Assembly: GCA_040954595.2 (NCBI GenBank)
Contig: CM082578.2
Span: forward strand, 17,121,703-17,185,702
From: Balanoglossus misakiensis
Taxonomy: Eukaryota > Animalia > Hemichordata
DNA length: 64,000 nt
Reading direction: 5' to 3'
In this document: positions 40,130 to 51,428 of the stretch, piece by piece
Layout of the letters: every line of letters begins with the position of its first letter
Position numbering within the stretch: position 1 is the stretch's first letter
Translations under genes and position numbers: made by a program
The notes under the pieces: model-generated
What the model was told of the DNA's origin: nothing
Database searches by the model: none
What the model saw: the letters and a program-made list of their open reading frames with translations, nothing else

Positions 40130-41181
40130 AATTGACAACGCTTGAAAATAAACAATTTAAAAACCAGCAACGACTACGCAACAAATAATGATTCAGTTTT
40201 GGGTTTAACTAAGTTCGACCTTGTCTTGCGGAGAATGAACCAGGAAGTAACCCAATTGTTTTCCTTGCCAGTCACTGCCTTGATGTGGGAAGGACAGGTC
40301 AGATACATACGCGGCGACCTTTGAAACGGTAACGGGTAAGAAATCATATGTAGGTAGGGGGGGTCATGAGGTACTCGACAACATAAACTGGAAATCAACA
40401 GCAACCAATGATTTGTTACGGGACAATTCCGCCCTTTTAGAGTTTCTACGTTCACGGATGGTCGATCTTTTATAGGTATGATTGTTTATTATCATTTGAA
40501 TCACAAAAGAGGAACTGAATTCGGGGCTTGAACTGTTGAAGAACGATCGCTAAGACAGTAACTCTAAATAGAAATTCTGATGGATTGGATGGTAAGATAT
40601 TTCAATGGTTAGTGAAGTAAACAGGCTATCAGATAACTCGTGTCAGAGTTCAGGCTGATGCTCTTTTCTTATATATTAAACAGGTCACGTCTGCAACTTA
40701 AGGCAAGACGGCACAACGCCCATGCAGTTTCTGACAGCGACTGTTGAAGGAAAGACGGTTTGGTTATCACCGACAAATCCAGTGCGGACCCGACAAAAGG
40801 AGACTCACTAATAGGGTGAGTGGAATTACGTGTTATAGATAAAAAAAGCACCATTTGTGACGTACATTTTATCGGCGATTTTGCAAGCGACACGCTTTAA
40901 CATTTTCACCTGCCTACACCAGATTTTCTGTTGCCAAGATCTTTAAAGGTGCTGTATGTGCGCATGTGCAATGATACCATTGCGCATGCACAAGAAAACA
41001 CAGTTGGCTGCGAATATCATCCCAAATTTAATCGTTTCATCTGAAGGACTGTCGAAAGGTGGACATCTGCATTCGATAATAGCAGCTCAGTAATGCGACA
41101 ATTAAATTAAAGGCGCATAATAAAGCTGTTCTATTGTACTTATGTGAATACATGTACATTGCTGTTCACAGATTGAGCACT

Positions 41182-44100
41182 ATGAATTCGAAGACTCCGC
41201 CCGCTGTTGCTATTCTGTTCATGAGCATTGTGTTCTGTGTCGAGGTGTACGGGTGTCCGTCTCTTTGCAGCTGTGACTCCTACAGTGTGGATTGTGCATC
41301 GAAAGCACTGACAAGCATTCCGCCTGACATCCCGAATACGAAAGTCCTGAGTCTTGACGACAATGACATATCCACAATTCCAAATGGCGCCTTCAGTGAT
41401 TTGCAGGCACTGCAGACACTCCAGATGTCTGATAACGCCCTGGCGACGATCAAAGAGAACGCTTTTCAGGGACTGTCCGGTCTCCTGATTCTAGACCTCC
41501 ATTCCAACAGATTGACAACGCTACCGACGGACGTCTTCAAAGATTTGAACAGCCTGACAATATTGAATCTGAACAACAACAAACTCGCCTCACTGCCCGC
41601 GCTGGGCCATCTGCAGATTTTGGTAGACCTTCGCTTGGAAGGCAACGCCCTGACAGATGCAGACGAAATACACAGCTTTCCGTATTTGCAGAGTTTGAAT
41701 TTGAACGGAAATGAAATTGCGCGTCTTCCAGAGAATGCGTTTTCGGGGTTGCCCCGACTGGAGAGCATAAAACTGGACGATAACAGCATCGAGGAAATAC
41801 CAGAAGGGATGTGCGAGGATTCGGTGAATTTAGGCTACTTGTACATGAGAAGAAACAAACTCCAAAGAATACCGCCGAATACCTCGCCAGGTTTATCGAG
41901 CGTTCAAAACTTTTACCTTACCTCGAACATGATATCTTATGTGTCTGAAAACGCATTTACAGGGTTCGAAAGCCTTAGGGTTCTTTATTTAGACACCAAT
42001 GTATTGCAAACTCTCCATGGTGAAACATTCTCAAACCTCACCTCTCTACAAATGGTACACCTCGAAGGTAACGAGCTCGACTCGCTTCCGAGTGACATTT
42101 TTGCAGGCCTCGCCACTTTGCGATTTCTTTATCTCCAAGACAACAAAATCCGCTACTTGGAGGACGAAACTTTCCAGGGGTTAGGAGCTGCACAAGCTAT
42201 AAACCTACAAAATAACCAAATCACTTCCCTTCGTGGCAATGTCTTTGCCGACCTCATTAATTTAAGATCGCTTTACCTTCAAAATAACAACCTCGACCAT
42301 ATGGCGGAGGACGCGTTTGCGGGTCTCCTTGCTCTGCGAACATTGAACCTCAAAAACAACAGCCTCGACACGCTCGGAAATAACCAATTCCATCATCTCA
42401 ATAATCTACAGTATCTGTATATTCAAGATAATAATCTAAGGAACTTAGAAGTCGGTGCATTGAATGGACTGGACAGCATACAGGCATTGTATCTGCAAAA
42501 CAATGAACTCACTACACTTGCACGCTTGACCTTTGCCGGTCTCAGTCAACTGAAACACCTGTACTTACAAAACAATAAACTCAACAGTTTACCGGACGAG
42601 GCCTTTATTGGGTTGGACACCGTGCAACGCTTGCATCTGGAAAATAACGCGCTTCGTTCACCAAACGGTCGCACCTTTGCAGGAATGCCATCTTTGGAAT
42701 CTTTATATCTTCAGGATAACGTGATTGGCTCCCTGTCGGTCAATCTGTTCAGCGGACTGGGGTCTTTGAACTCGCTGTACCTTCAAAACAACAAGATAGA
42801 CTCGCTACCCGGTGGCGTTTTCTCGGACTTGGGTAATTTGAAGTATCTGTACATGCAGCATAATGAAATCCGTTCATTATCGCAAAATGCATTTTCAGGA
42901 CTTGGTGAACTGTACCAACTTCACTTGCACAACAACAAACTAGTATCGCTGTCACAAAATGCGTTTTTCGGATTGGACCATTTGCGAGAATTGGCCTTGT
43001 ATAATAATAAATTGAGCAGCCTGCCGGAGAGTATTTTTGTTGGCCTGTTCAATCTGACTTGGCTTTTCCTGCATAATAACACTCTAACAAGCGTGCCTGC
43101 AAACCTACTGGCTGACCTGGCCCTGCTGACAGAACTAAGACTGGACGACAACCATCTGAATCAACCGCCGAATTTGCAAGGAGGCTATGAACTAGTCAGT
43201 GTGACGTTGTCCAATAATAACATTGAGACAATTCCGGCCAGTTTCTTCAAAGTACAAGCAAACGTGAGAAAACTGGACCTGAGTGACAACAAACTGGCCG
43301 AAATACCACAGTTCACGTCATCTTCGCTCTTCTTCTCAACGACACAATACCAAACGATTCAGATCTATCTGAACGGCAATCCGATTCGCTACATTAAGTC
43401 ACGCGCATTCGCTGGTCTAAATCCGCGCGAGGCTTTCGACCTGAAACTGCATTTAGCCAACATGGACCTCCACGAAGTTAACAAGGAGGCATTCCATGGC
43501 CTAGAAGTCGACGATCTTTGGCTCGATCTTCGACAGAACAAACTTTCATCGCTTCACCCTGAAACGTTTTCGGGCACATTCGACAGTTCAGATGACCCCG
43601 ACCTGAAAGTGATGCTCGCCGACAACCCGTGGTCTTGTGATTGTTACCTCTCCAGCTTTAAAGAATGGTTTGAAGACATTTCTCTCAACATGACCATTGT
43701 CTTGGATGGCATGACCTGTGAGGGTCCACGCCCCTTCGTAGGAGCTGACGCCACTGATGTTCATTCAAGTGACATGATATGCTCGCCGCCGATATTTGAC
43801 GACCCGGTTTTGTCTGCCCGCGTTGAGGTAAACGACCAGGTTCTCTTGGACTGTGACGTCAAAGGGTCGCCCAGCCCCGATGTATACTGGGTCACTCCAG
43901 CGGGCGTGAAGGTCGACGGTGCCGATGACGGTCAAGGAGTGCCTAACCTTCAGGTCACAGACAACAAGGAGCTCATGATAGACCAAATCCGCGATGAAGA
44001 CGGTGGCGTTTACGTGTGCGTAGCATCCAACGAAAATGGCACTGCGGTCGGTTTGAGAAATCTCCAGATAGTGTCTCAAAGCAATACCACCGAGTATCCG

Positions 44101-44322
44101 TGTTACAACAAGACCTGCGAGGACATTAGTGTAGGTGTAGTTGTAGGCTCTGTCATCGGAGGATTTGTAGTGGGCAGTTTGTGTGCGCTATGCGTGGTCT
44201 TTCTTGTCTCGTCTAAGAAAACCTCAACAGATCTCAAACAAGTTGAAACCACGGAATTCAATGATTTGCAAATGGGAGAGGTGAACCTCCAAGAATCTGA
44301 CAGTCTAAATGAGGATCAGTGA
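41182..44322 (+). CDS. LRR-Ig type I membrane protein (LRR gene 2), ~1046 aa, single coding exon
   Basis: ATG at 41182 (MNSKTPP..., signal peptide) follows a CACAG acceptor. LRRNT CPSLCSC; long array of 24-aa LRRs; LRRCT NPWSCDC; Ig domain (LDCDVKGSPSPDVYW...GVYVCVASN); TM helix; short Tyr-free cytoplasmic tail. Confidence 0.94.
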   Translation: MNSKTPPAVAILFMSIVFCVEVYGCPSLCSCDSYSVDCASKALTSIPPDIPNTKVLSLDDNDISTIPNGAFSDLQALQTLQMSDNALATIKENAFQGLSGLLILDLHSNRLTTLPTDVFKDLNSLTILNLNNNKLASLPALGHLQILVDLRLEGNALTDADEIHSFPYLQSLNLNGNEIARLPENAFSGLPRLESIKLDDNSIEEIPEGMCEDSVNLGYLYMRRNKLQRIPPNTSPGLSSVQNFYLTSNMISYVSENAFTGFESLRVLYLDTNVLQTLHGETFSNLTSLQMVHLEGNELDSLPSDIFAGLATLRFLYLQDNKIRYLEDETFQGLGAAQAINLQNNQITSLRGNVFADLINLRSLYLQNNNLDHMAEDAFAGLLALRTLNLKNNSLDTLGNNQFHHLNNLQYLYIQDNNLRNLEVGALNGLDSIQALYLQNNELTTLARLTFAGLSQLKHLYLQNNKLNSLPDEAFIGLDTVQRLHLENNALRSPNGRTFAGMPSLESLYLQDNVIGSLSVNLFSGLGSLNSLYLQNNKIDSLPGGVFSDLGNLKYLYMQHNEIRSLSQNAFSGLGELYQLHLHNNKLVSLSQNAFFGLDHLRELALYNNKLSSLPESIFVGLFNLTWLFLHNNTLTSVPANLLADLALLTELRLDDNHLNQPPNLQGGYELVSVTLSNNNIETIPASFFKVQANVRKLDLSDNKLAEIPQFTSSSLFFSTTQYQTIQIYLNGNPIRYIKSRAFAGLNPREAFDLKLHLANMDLHEVNKEAFHGLEVDDLWLDLRQNKLSSLHPETFSGTFDSSDDPDLKVMLADNPWSCDCYLSSFKEWFEDISLNMTIVLDGMTCEGPRPFVGADATDVHSSDMICSPPIFDDPVLSARVEVNDQVLLDCDVKGSPSPDVYWVTPAGVKVDGADDGQGVPNLQVTDNKELMIDQIRDEDGGVYVCVASNENGTAVGLRNLQIVSQSNTTEYPCYNKTCEDISVGVVVGSVIGGFVVGSLCALCVVFLVSSKKTSTDLKQVETTEFNDLQMGEVNLQESDSLNEDQ

Positions 44323-44381
44323 GACAGGCTTGTTAAAAATACGATTCATTAGAATGATTAAAACATGTCCTGTTTTCGGAT

Positions 44382-44525
<144 letters not shown>

Positions 44526-45613
44526 TTATGAGCAGAACTCGATTGTGTACATGTATATGTACAAGAAGTCAGTAGACATATTCATGTATGCTATTACAAG
44601 TTATCATGTGGCACATGTACACAGAATATTACCAATCATGTAATGCCATGTTTGTTGATAATTATAAATTGAGAAGAATACACTTTCACAGCCCTGAAAG
44701 GCTAGATATGTAATCATTGAACTGAATGAAACGGCAATTTGGGGAAATAAAAATAGCTTTACATCAGCTTTAACGTGTATCGTGATAATGTCCCAACTAT
44801 CTGAAAATACATTTTTCGCTCATAGTATATACACACGTTTCTGATTGTTTTGTGAAGGCACGAGAGCTAAAAGCTCGGGCAGAAGACATTCCCTTTCTTG
44901 CGTCGTTTAATTGACCTTCCCTTCTTTGCGACCAGCAGGTTTGTTTGTACCAAATATAAGTAATAAAGGGCGCATTGTTGAAGTATATGGTTAAGGCTCA
45001 CTGGTCCTGTCAGAATCGACCTAACAACGTCCAGTGTTGTCAACAAGCTTTCGGGTCACACAGGTCAGAATTAGACCAATCAGAGACATCATTGTACGTA
45101 CTAAATTTAAATGTGCCGTGTATTCACACCAAAGGACTGAGTGCAACACCCAATTTCTCAGTCTTCCTATTCAAAAGGAACCAGGATTGAGTTTCATCGA
45201 GATCCGCTCCTGTTTATGTCAGAAAACCGCGTCACCTCGGGTAAGTACACAAACTTCAATACAGTGATATTCTATTGATGCTTCAATGTAGGGGTCTCTA
45301 AAATATTTTTTTTAATTCATTACCCTCTGTTAACGCTATTTATAGTTGAGACGCCTACAACACTATACATGGAAGGAGTCTCTGTTTCGTGAAGTGCGCA
45401 GTGAAATGTCTCAGGGAATGGAAACACTATGGTAAACATCAATCCATGTGAAAGTCTGAGCATATTGCAATCTCAACTCGAATTTATCCCATAACTAACA
45501 GTATCGACGCTTCGCATTGTTGTTATATCCTAATCTCAGTCTATCTGTGTCACTCTGAATGTCTATAGCTGCCTATTTCAATCACTATAGCTTCTTCTCT
45601 TTCCAGATTGAAG

Positions 45614-48253
45614 ATGAACAGCTTGCATGTTGTTTTATTCTTGTGCGTTGCGTGCAGTGGAATCGCTTACGAGTGTCCGTCTGCGTGCAGCTGTGATCCC
45701 TACAGCGTGTACTGTGCCTCCAAATCCCTGACAGGAATCCCGTACAATATACCAAGTACGAAAGTCCTCAATCTCTACAACAACGAGATCGATTTAATCC
45801 CACATGACGTGTTCATTCATCTGACGATGCTGCAAACACTTCAGATGTCGAGAAATGCGATAACGACGGTCAGAAATCATTCGTTCCGTGGTCTGTCCGC
45901 TCTCGTGACTCTGGACCTCCACTCTAACAAGCTGGCGACACTACCAGCGGCCGTCTTCAGACATATGCGCAACCTGAAAATTTTGAACCTGAATAGCAAT
46001 CAGCTCGTCTCTCTGCCAATCCTTGCCGATCTGCGGAGTTTGACAAACTTGCAGCTGGAAGGCAACGCCCTGACAGACGTAGAAGCGGTGCGCAATTTTC
46101 CACACCTGCGGGAATTGAATTTGAACGCGAATAACATAGCGACCCTCTCGCAGACCGCTTTCTCCGGACTACCGGTACTGGAGAACATTAAACTAGACGA
46201 CAACTACCTTGAGGAAGTACCGGGAAACATATGCTATGATTCCGTGGATCTGGACTTCTTCTACATAAAGAACAACAGAATCCGCACTCTTCGACCGACG
46301 GAATCGCCGGCGTTATCAAGCGTTGAATACTTTTACCTGGCGGGCAACGGTATCAGCTCTATATCGGAGGACGCTTTTGAAACCTCAGAAAGACTCCGGG
46401 TTCTTCATTTAGAAAACAATGCACTGGAGACCTTAGACGTCCACACATTCTCAGTTTCTACATCTCTGCAGATTTTACACCTCGAGGGGAACAGCATCAA
46501 CTTCCTGCCGAGTGGCGTCTTTTCGGGTCTCGCCAGTGTAAGATTCCTTTATCTTCAAGACAACGACATCGGTCATCTGGAGGATGGAACATTCCTGGGA
46601 TTGGGAGCCGTGCAAACCATAAGTCTGCAAGACAACCACATCGCTGTTCTGCGCAGTCATGGCTTCGCCAACCTCACCAACTTGAGGTCTCTCTATCTGC
46701 GAAACAACCACCTCCAATATATAGAGGAAAACGCCTTTGAGGGGCTCCCAGGTCTGCAAACGTTATCTCTACAAAACAACAACATCACCACTCTTTGGGG
46801 AAACCAATTCCACGGACTTCGTAGTCTACGGAATCTGTACCTTCAAAATAATCACTTGAAGAATTTAGAAGATGGTGCATTTCAGGGATTAGAGGGTATG
46901 CAGATATGTTACCTACACGATAACGAACTCACTTTTCTTCGCAGCAGTACCTTTGCCGGGCTACGTCATTTGAAATATCTCTATCTGCAGAATAATAATC
47001 TGAATGCATTAGATGAAGACGTATTTATAGGGTTAGATAACCTGCAACATTTGCACCTTCAAAACAATAAACTAGGTTTTCTGCACAGCCATAACTTTGC
47101 CGGACTGATTTCCTTGAAACGGATCGACCTTCACAATAATGAGATAAGCGCCCTACCAAACGATACATTCGCGGGATTGAAAAATCTAGAGTTGCTTGAC
47201 CTTTCGAGTAATAAGGTCAATTCAATTCCCTATGGCATATTCAAGGGCTCCGGCAAGCTGAAGTTTTTGGACATGCAGAGCAATGATATGATGTCTTTGC
47301 CGGGAGGAGTTTTCGCGGGATTGAAGAAACTGTATCGCCTCCGTTTAGACGACAACAGGCTTGTTTCGTTGACGAGAACTACATTTATTGGGTTGAAGAA
47401 CTTGGCCGAATTGTACTTAAATAACAACCAGATTAATTCACTGCCTGGTGACGTCTTTGCCGACTTGTCCAAGTTAAACGTGCTCCACATTCACAACAAC
47501 GCACTGGTGAGAATGCCGACTCGATTTCTGGTTGGCCGAAACCGCGTGACTGACATCAGACTGGATCACAATCGGCTCGTCGAACCACCGAACCTAGGGG
47601 CCGGAAAAAAACTCGCCAGCGTGACTCTCTCTGACAACAACATCGAAGTCGTCCCCGAAACTTTCTTCCGGATGCGAGCAAATGTGAAGAGACTTGACCT
47701 GAGCAACAATAGACTGACCGAAGTGCCATCATTCCAGAAATCATCGTCGTTTTTCTCGAAGTCGCAATATCAAATGATTGAAATCGACTTGAGCGGCAAT
47801 CCGATTGAATATATCGGGCCGCACGCCTTTGCTGGCCTAAATCCGCGCACTACCCTGGATCTTAAACTTCACTTGTCCGGCATGGGGCTTAAAAACATTG
47901 ACAAGCACGCCTTTAAAGGCTTGAACCTGGGGGATTTTTGGCTCGATCTTCGACAGAACCAGCTTTCGTCCATTCATTCTGAGACTTTTGCCGGGACATT
48001 CGAGGGCCCTGATGACCCACGGCTGGAGGTAATGCTCGTGGACAACCCATGGTCGTGCGACTGCAACCTCTCGGACTTCAAAGAGTGGTTTGAAGATCTC
48101 TCTCTCAACATGACAATTGTCCTGAATGGCATGATTTGTGAGGGTCCAATTCTCTACACGGGAGCTGATCTTGGTCTCCTTCATTCAGACGATACTTTGT
48201 GTTCGTCTCGGGCAACTGATGACAACCCACTTTTGTCCAAGCCTAGTGAGTGA
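45614..48253 (+). CDS. Secreted LRR-only protein (LRR gene 3), paralog of LRR gene 2 lacking Ig and TM, ~879 aa
   Basis: ATG at 45614 follows a polypyrimidine/CCAG acceptor. Signal peptide; LRRNT CPSACSC; LRR array collinear with gene 2; LRRCT NPWSCDC. The stop comes shortly after LRRCT and there is no TM helix. Confidence 0.9.
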   Translation: MNSLHVVLFLCVACSGIAYECPSACSCDPYSVYCASKSLTGIPYNIPSTKVLNLYNNEIDLIPHDVFIHLTMLQTLQMSRNAITTVRNHSFRGLSALVTLDLHSNKLATLPAAVFRHMRNLKILNLNSNQLVSLPILADLRSLTNLQLEGNALTDVEAVRNFPHLRELNLNANNIATLSQTAFSGLPVLENIKLDDNYLEEVPGNICYDSVDLDFFYIKNNRIRTLRPTESPALSSVEYFYLAGNGISSISEDAFETSERLRVLHLENNALETLDVHTFSVSTSLQILHLEGNSINFLPSGVFSGLASVRFLYLQDNDIGHLEDGTFLGLGAVQTISLQDNHIAVLRSHGFANLTNLRSLYLRNNHLQYIEENAFEGLPGLQTLSLQNNNITTLWGNQFHGLRSLRNLYLQNNHLKNLEDGAFQGLEGMQICYLHDNELTFLRSSTFAGLRHLKYLYLQNNNLNALDEDVFIGLDNLQHLHLQNNKLGFLHSHNFAGLISLKRIDLHNNEISALPNDTFAGLKNLELLDLSSNKVNSIPYGIFKGSGKLKFLDMQSNDMMSLPGGVFAGLKKLYRLRLDDNRLVSLTRTTFIGLKNLAELYLNNNQINSLPGDVFADLSKLNVLHIHNNALVRMPTRFLVGRNRVTDIRLDHNRLVEPPNLGAGKKLASVTLSDNNIEVVPETFFRMRANVKRLDLSNNRLTEVPSFQKSSSFFSKSQYQMIEIDLSGNPIEYIGPHAFAGLNPRTTLDLKLHLSGMGLKNIDKHAFKGLNLGDFWLDLRQNQLSSIHSETFAGTFEGPDDPRLEVMLVDNPWSCDCNLSDFKEWFEDLSLNMTIVLNGMICEGPILYTGADLGLLHSDDTLCSSRATDDNPLLSKPSE

Positions 48254-49186
48254 CACGCCTTGTAATTTGGTGCCACAGGGTCGCCGAGTTCTCACGCACA
48301 TGGTTTCGCTCCATCGGACATTCTGGTCACCTTGGCTGGTGGAAATGTCGACTGTACTGCCATTGTGTACATGATATGCACGGTGCCTTCAGAGACATTT
48401 TCGACATCATTCCATAACCGACTAGACCTAGCAGTGTCAACGACCATATATGCGCAGTTTTTATTACCACAACTAATTTGAGAAATATACTTAGGCCTAG
48501 ATAATCAATATGATATTCAATTGAATTAGGGTGGCACAGATTTTTGTGGGAATATTATCTAATTGACAATGTTGTCGTTGGTCGACATTTAACAGTTGTG
48601 TCATGAAATCCATGGTTAATCTACCTTATTGGGCATTTTCAGCCAAATCTTGATTAGAATTTGTGTACTTAATTATTAATAGTCGCTGTTTGGTTGGTAC
48701 AGGATTGTTACGTTCTACCACTAGTGGCGCTCTACATTTTCATCCCTCGTGTGGACTATGCATGTAGGCCACTGTCGGAGAAACTGACCGGGCGCTTACG
48801 TAAAAGAGAAAATATAAAACCAAACAAGATTTGCTGAAGCAGTAAAATCACCACCTGTACCTTTGAGCACATGGTGAGCAAAGCGCACACAAGCCTACAT
48901 TGCATTATTCTGCATCTTTCAGTAATTGTCATAATAAGAGATGACAAAATGTATGCAGATTTGTGCACCAAGATCTACCCCCATAATTCATAAATTTAGA
49001 GGCAAACATCAGTGTGTGTTACTAAGCTCAGAAGGCCAAAATTAAACCAAGTTCAAAATTATTCGTGAACTCGTAGTCAGACACCAATTCTTGGTCACTT
49101 ATCCTGATTCTTTTGACATTCTCTGCTTTGAATATTGCATGGTGTTTCAGAGGACCCTCGAAACAGAATTTGGCGACTGGACCTTC

Positions 49187-51428
49187 TTAAGTCTCAGATT
49201 GGTTTTCAAAAAACGCCCTCATGTCTTTGCCGAGTCTGACATGGAACAGGTGCTGTGGGAACTCAATGGCCGGCGCGTATCTCCCTGTCTCGAACGCGAT
49301 CGACTTCATCCCTGACTGGACACCCTCACAGAGGTCAGTGTCCTCTCCCTGGACTTGGTTGGCTGCGGCAATGCCTTCGTCAATCCAGTTATCCAGATCT
49401 TCCTCCTGCTTGAACTTCTCCATGAACGTCTTTTCCAGGAAGAAATCATAGATGAAGTCGGCGCTGTCATGACCGGTGGGCACTACAATGTTGGTTTCAA
49501 ACCACGATCCGTATCGGCTGACCATGAAGTTTGGATAAATGTGAGTGTACGTTGGCCATCGCCCGATTCTCTCTGCAGCATACTCTTTGTCCTTCAACAC
49601 ATCGACTGTCTGTGTTGAGTAGAGCTCATTTGCATGCGACATCTTCATGGTGCTGAAATCATAGAAGCTGGACGTGAACTGCTTGTGGGCAAAGTCGATG
49701 TGATAGCCACCATCGATGAAATTATCCACAACCACCTTCCAGTTACTCTTGATGGAGTAACTCTTTCGGCGCACAAATTGAAACTTTTCCGGAGCATAGC
49801 CGCTCTCTGCGAGCATTTCCTCGATAGGCTGGAGATGTTCCAGACCTTCGCTCCTGTTGCCCCTCCCTGTCGCCAACTGAATCAACACCAGAGGGCCCCA
49901 CGACCTGACCGGCATGGGTACCAACCCGAAGTCCCTCGCCTTGAAATCTTGGATGCCCTTGACCTTCCTGGCTTTGGTCAGCCGCCCATCAAGGGCATAC
50001 GTCCAACCGTGGTAGGGGCATTCAAAACAGCTGGTCTTGCCTTCACCCTTGACCACTGGCATGGCATGGTGTCGACAGACGTTGAAAAAGGCTTGGAGCT
50101 CGTCTTTGTTATCTCTGCAGACAATGAAGGACTCATCTGCAAACCGCCCTGTGTATATAATAATCAACATAGACATTTTTGTCAACATTGTACTTGAATA
50201 GGAAATTGTTCAGCTAAATAAACATGGCCATATGACAACAAAAGTGCAGATGCGACTGTTGATAGTACAAGTACTTTTGCTTAAGGTACAATGAACATAC
50301 ATTGTACATCCATGTGAGTTCACACATAAACTGGATAATGTTAATCTACATGTATGAATATGAAAATTTATTATTATCTATTTTTACATGTGGTGTTTGA
50401 ATAAGCCCTGGTATCATATCAGCATGGGTAGGAATTAAATAAGTAAAATAATTCGGGCTGATAGTTACCCTCAAAAAATTGTCCAGGTGTTGCAACTTGA
50501 TCTAACCTTCCAACTGCTACCCAGTTATTCCTGAAGATAGTCTTTTTTTCAAGTTGTAACAAAGCTGGTTCTGTGTACCTGTGTTGGATAAATGAAATTC
50601 AAGTTCATTTTCTATGAATTTATGATTGTAAACCTGTCTATGAGAATTTCCTGTCTACTTATCAGAGTTACAGCACTCCCAGCCACAAGTTGGGGTCAAA
50701 GGTCACTTGTGAGGCTGTTACATGTACATTCATGTATGTCACAGTACGCATTCTTGTAAATGTGTCTTGTTTTAGGCTCCAACAATGTATGGTACTTTGT
50801 CTGAGATTTGATATACGGCCGCACCTGGCCGTCTATTCAAGAATGTCTTTCCAGTGATGAAATGAGCAGTGGCCATTTTGAGGTCAAAGGTCACCCACTG
50901 ATAAAACCTGAATGGGGCTGGGTAGGCTTTTAATTACATGTATGTGTCTACTGAACCAGATAAATGTATAATACTGGAATTTGGAAAAAGATTGTGGATG
51001 AGGAAAGTAAATCACTCTGTATGTTACCAAAATGAAAATATGTACCAGCTCCAGAAGAAATGCACGGTTTGGAAAAGGAGCAGCAAATACCAGCCCGTCC
51101 CTCGTACTGAATAGTTCCCTCCACGTCCCAGTTGACACAAGGTCATCCATGCGATATGCGTGCCCCAATTTCATCCATATGTCACAATGTCGCCTCGCTG
51201 GGGTACAGCTAAATCGTGATTCCGTACTTACCACGATGCTGGTGGAGTGGCAGCTTTTTCGACAGGTAAATAAGGATCAAAGCGGGTCACTTCTCTGTGA
51301 ACATTGACTTGTTGTGACGTTCGTCGGGAGCACGAAAACAGTCGTCGGTGGCCATTTCTGCCTGCCAAGCTTCGCCAGACAACAGTCGTTACGATGGTGG
51401 TACACCGTAAAAGCTTAGAAATGGGCAT
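49187..51428 (-). CDS. CMO: Choline monooxygenase-like Rieske non-heme iron oxygenase, ~422 aa, 3 exons
   Basis: Exons 51428-51232, 50578-50469, 50148-49187 (sum 1269 nt). AATPPASWYT...IFRNNWVAVG; Rieske ligands NVCRHH and CPYHGW; mononuclear Fe motif NWKVVVDNFIDGGYHIDFAH; EDTDLCEGVQ; GRYAP. The N-terminus is Arg/Ser-rich and acid-free, like a mitochondrial presequence. Confidence 0.9.
50693..50893. promoter_or_regulatory. Two DR1-type nuclear-receptor-like motifs in CMO intron 1
   Basis: GGGTCA-A-AGGTCA at 50693-50705 and a perfect AGGTCA-A-AGGTCA at 50881-50893. Function is not demonstrated. Confidence 0.3.

Noticed and set aside
39946-40184. Poly-Met, poly-His and poly-Ser ORFs (likewise the SINQ-repeat ORFs at 44309-44643)
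   Set aside because: Translations of microsatellites.
49634-50197. 187-aa plus-strand ORF
   Set aside because: Antisense shadow of the CMO exon.
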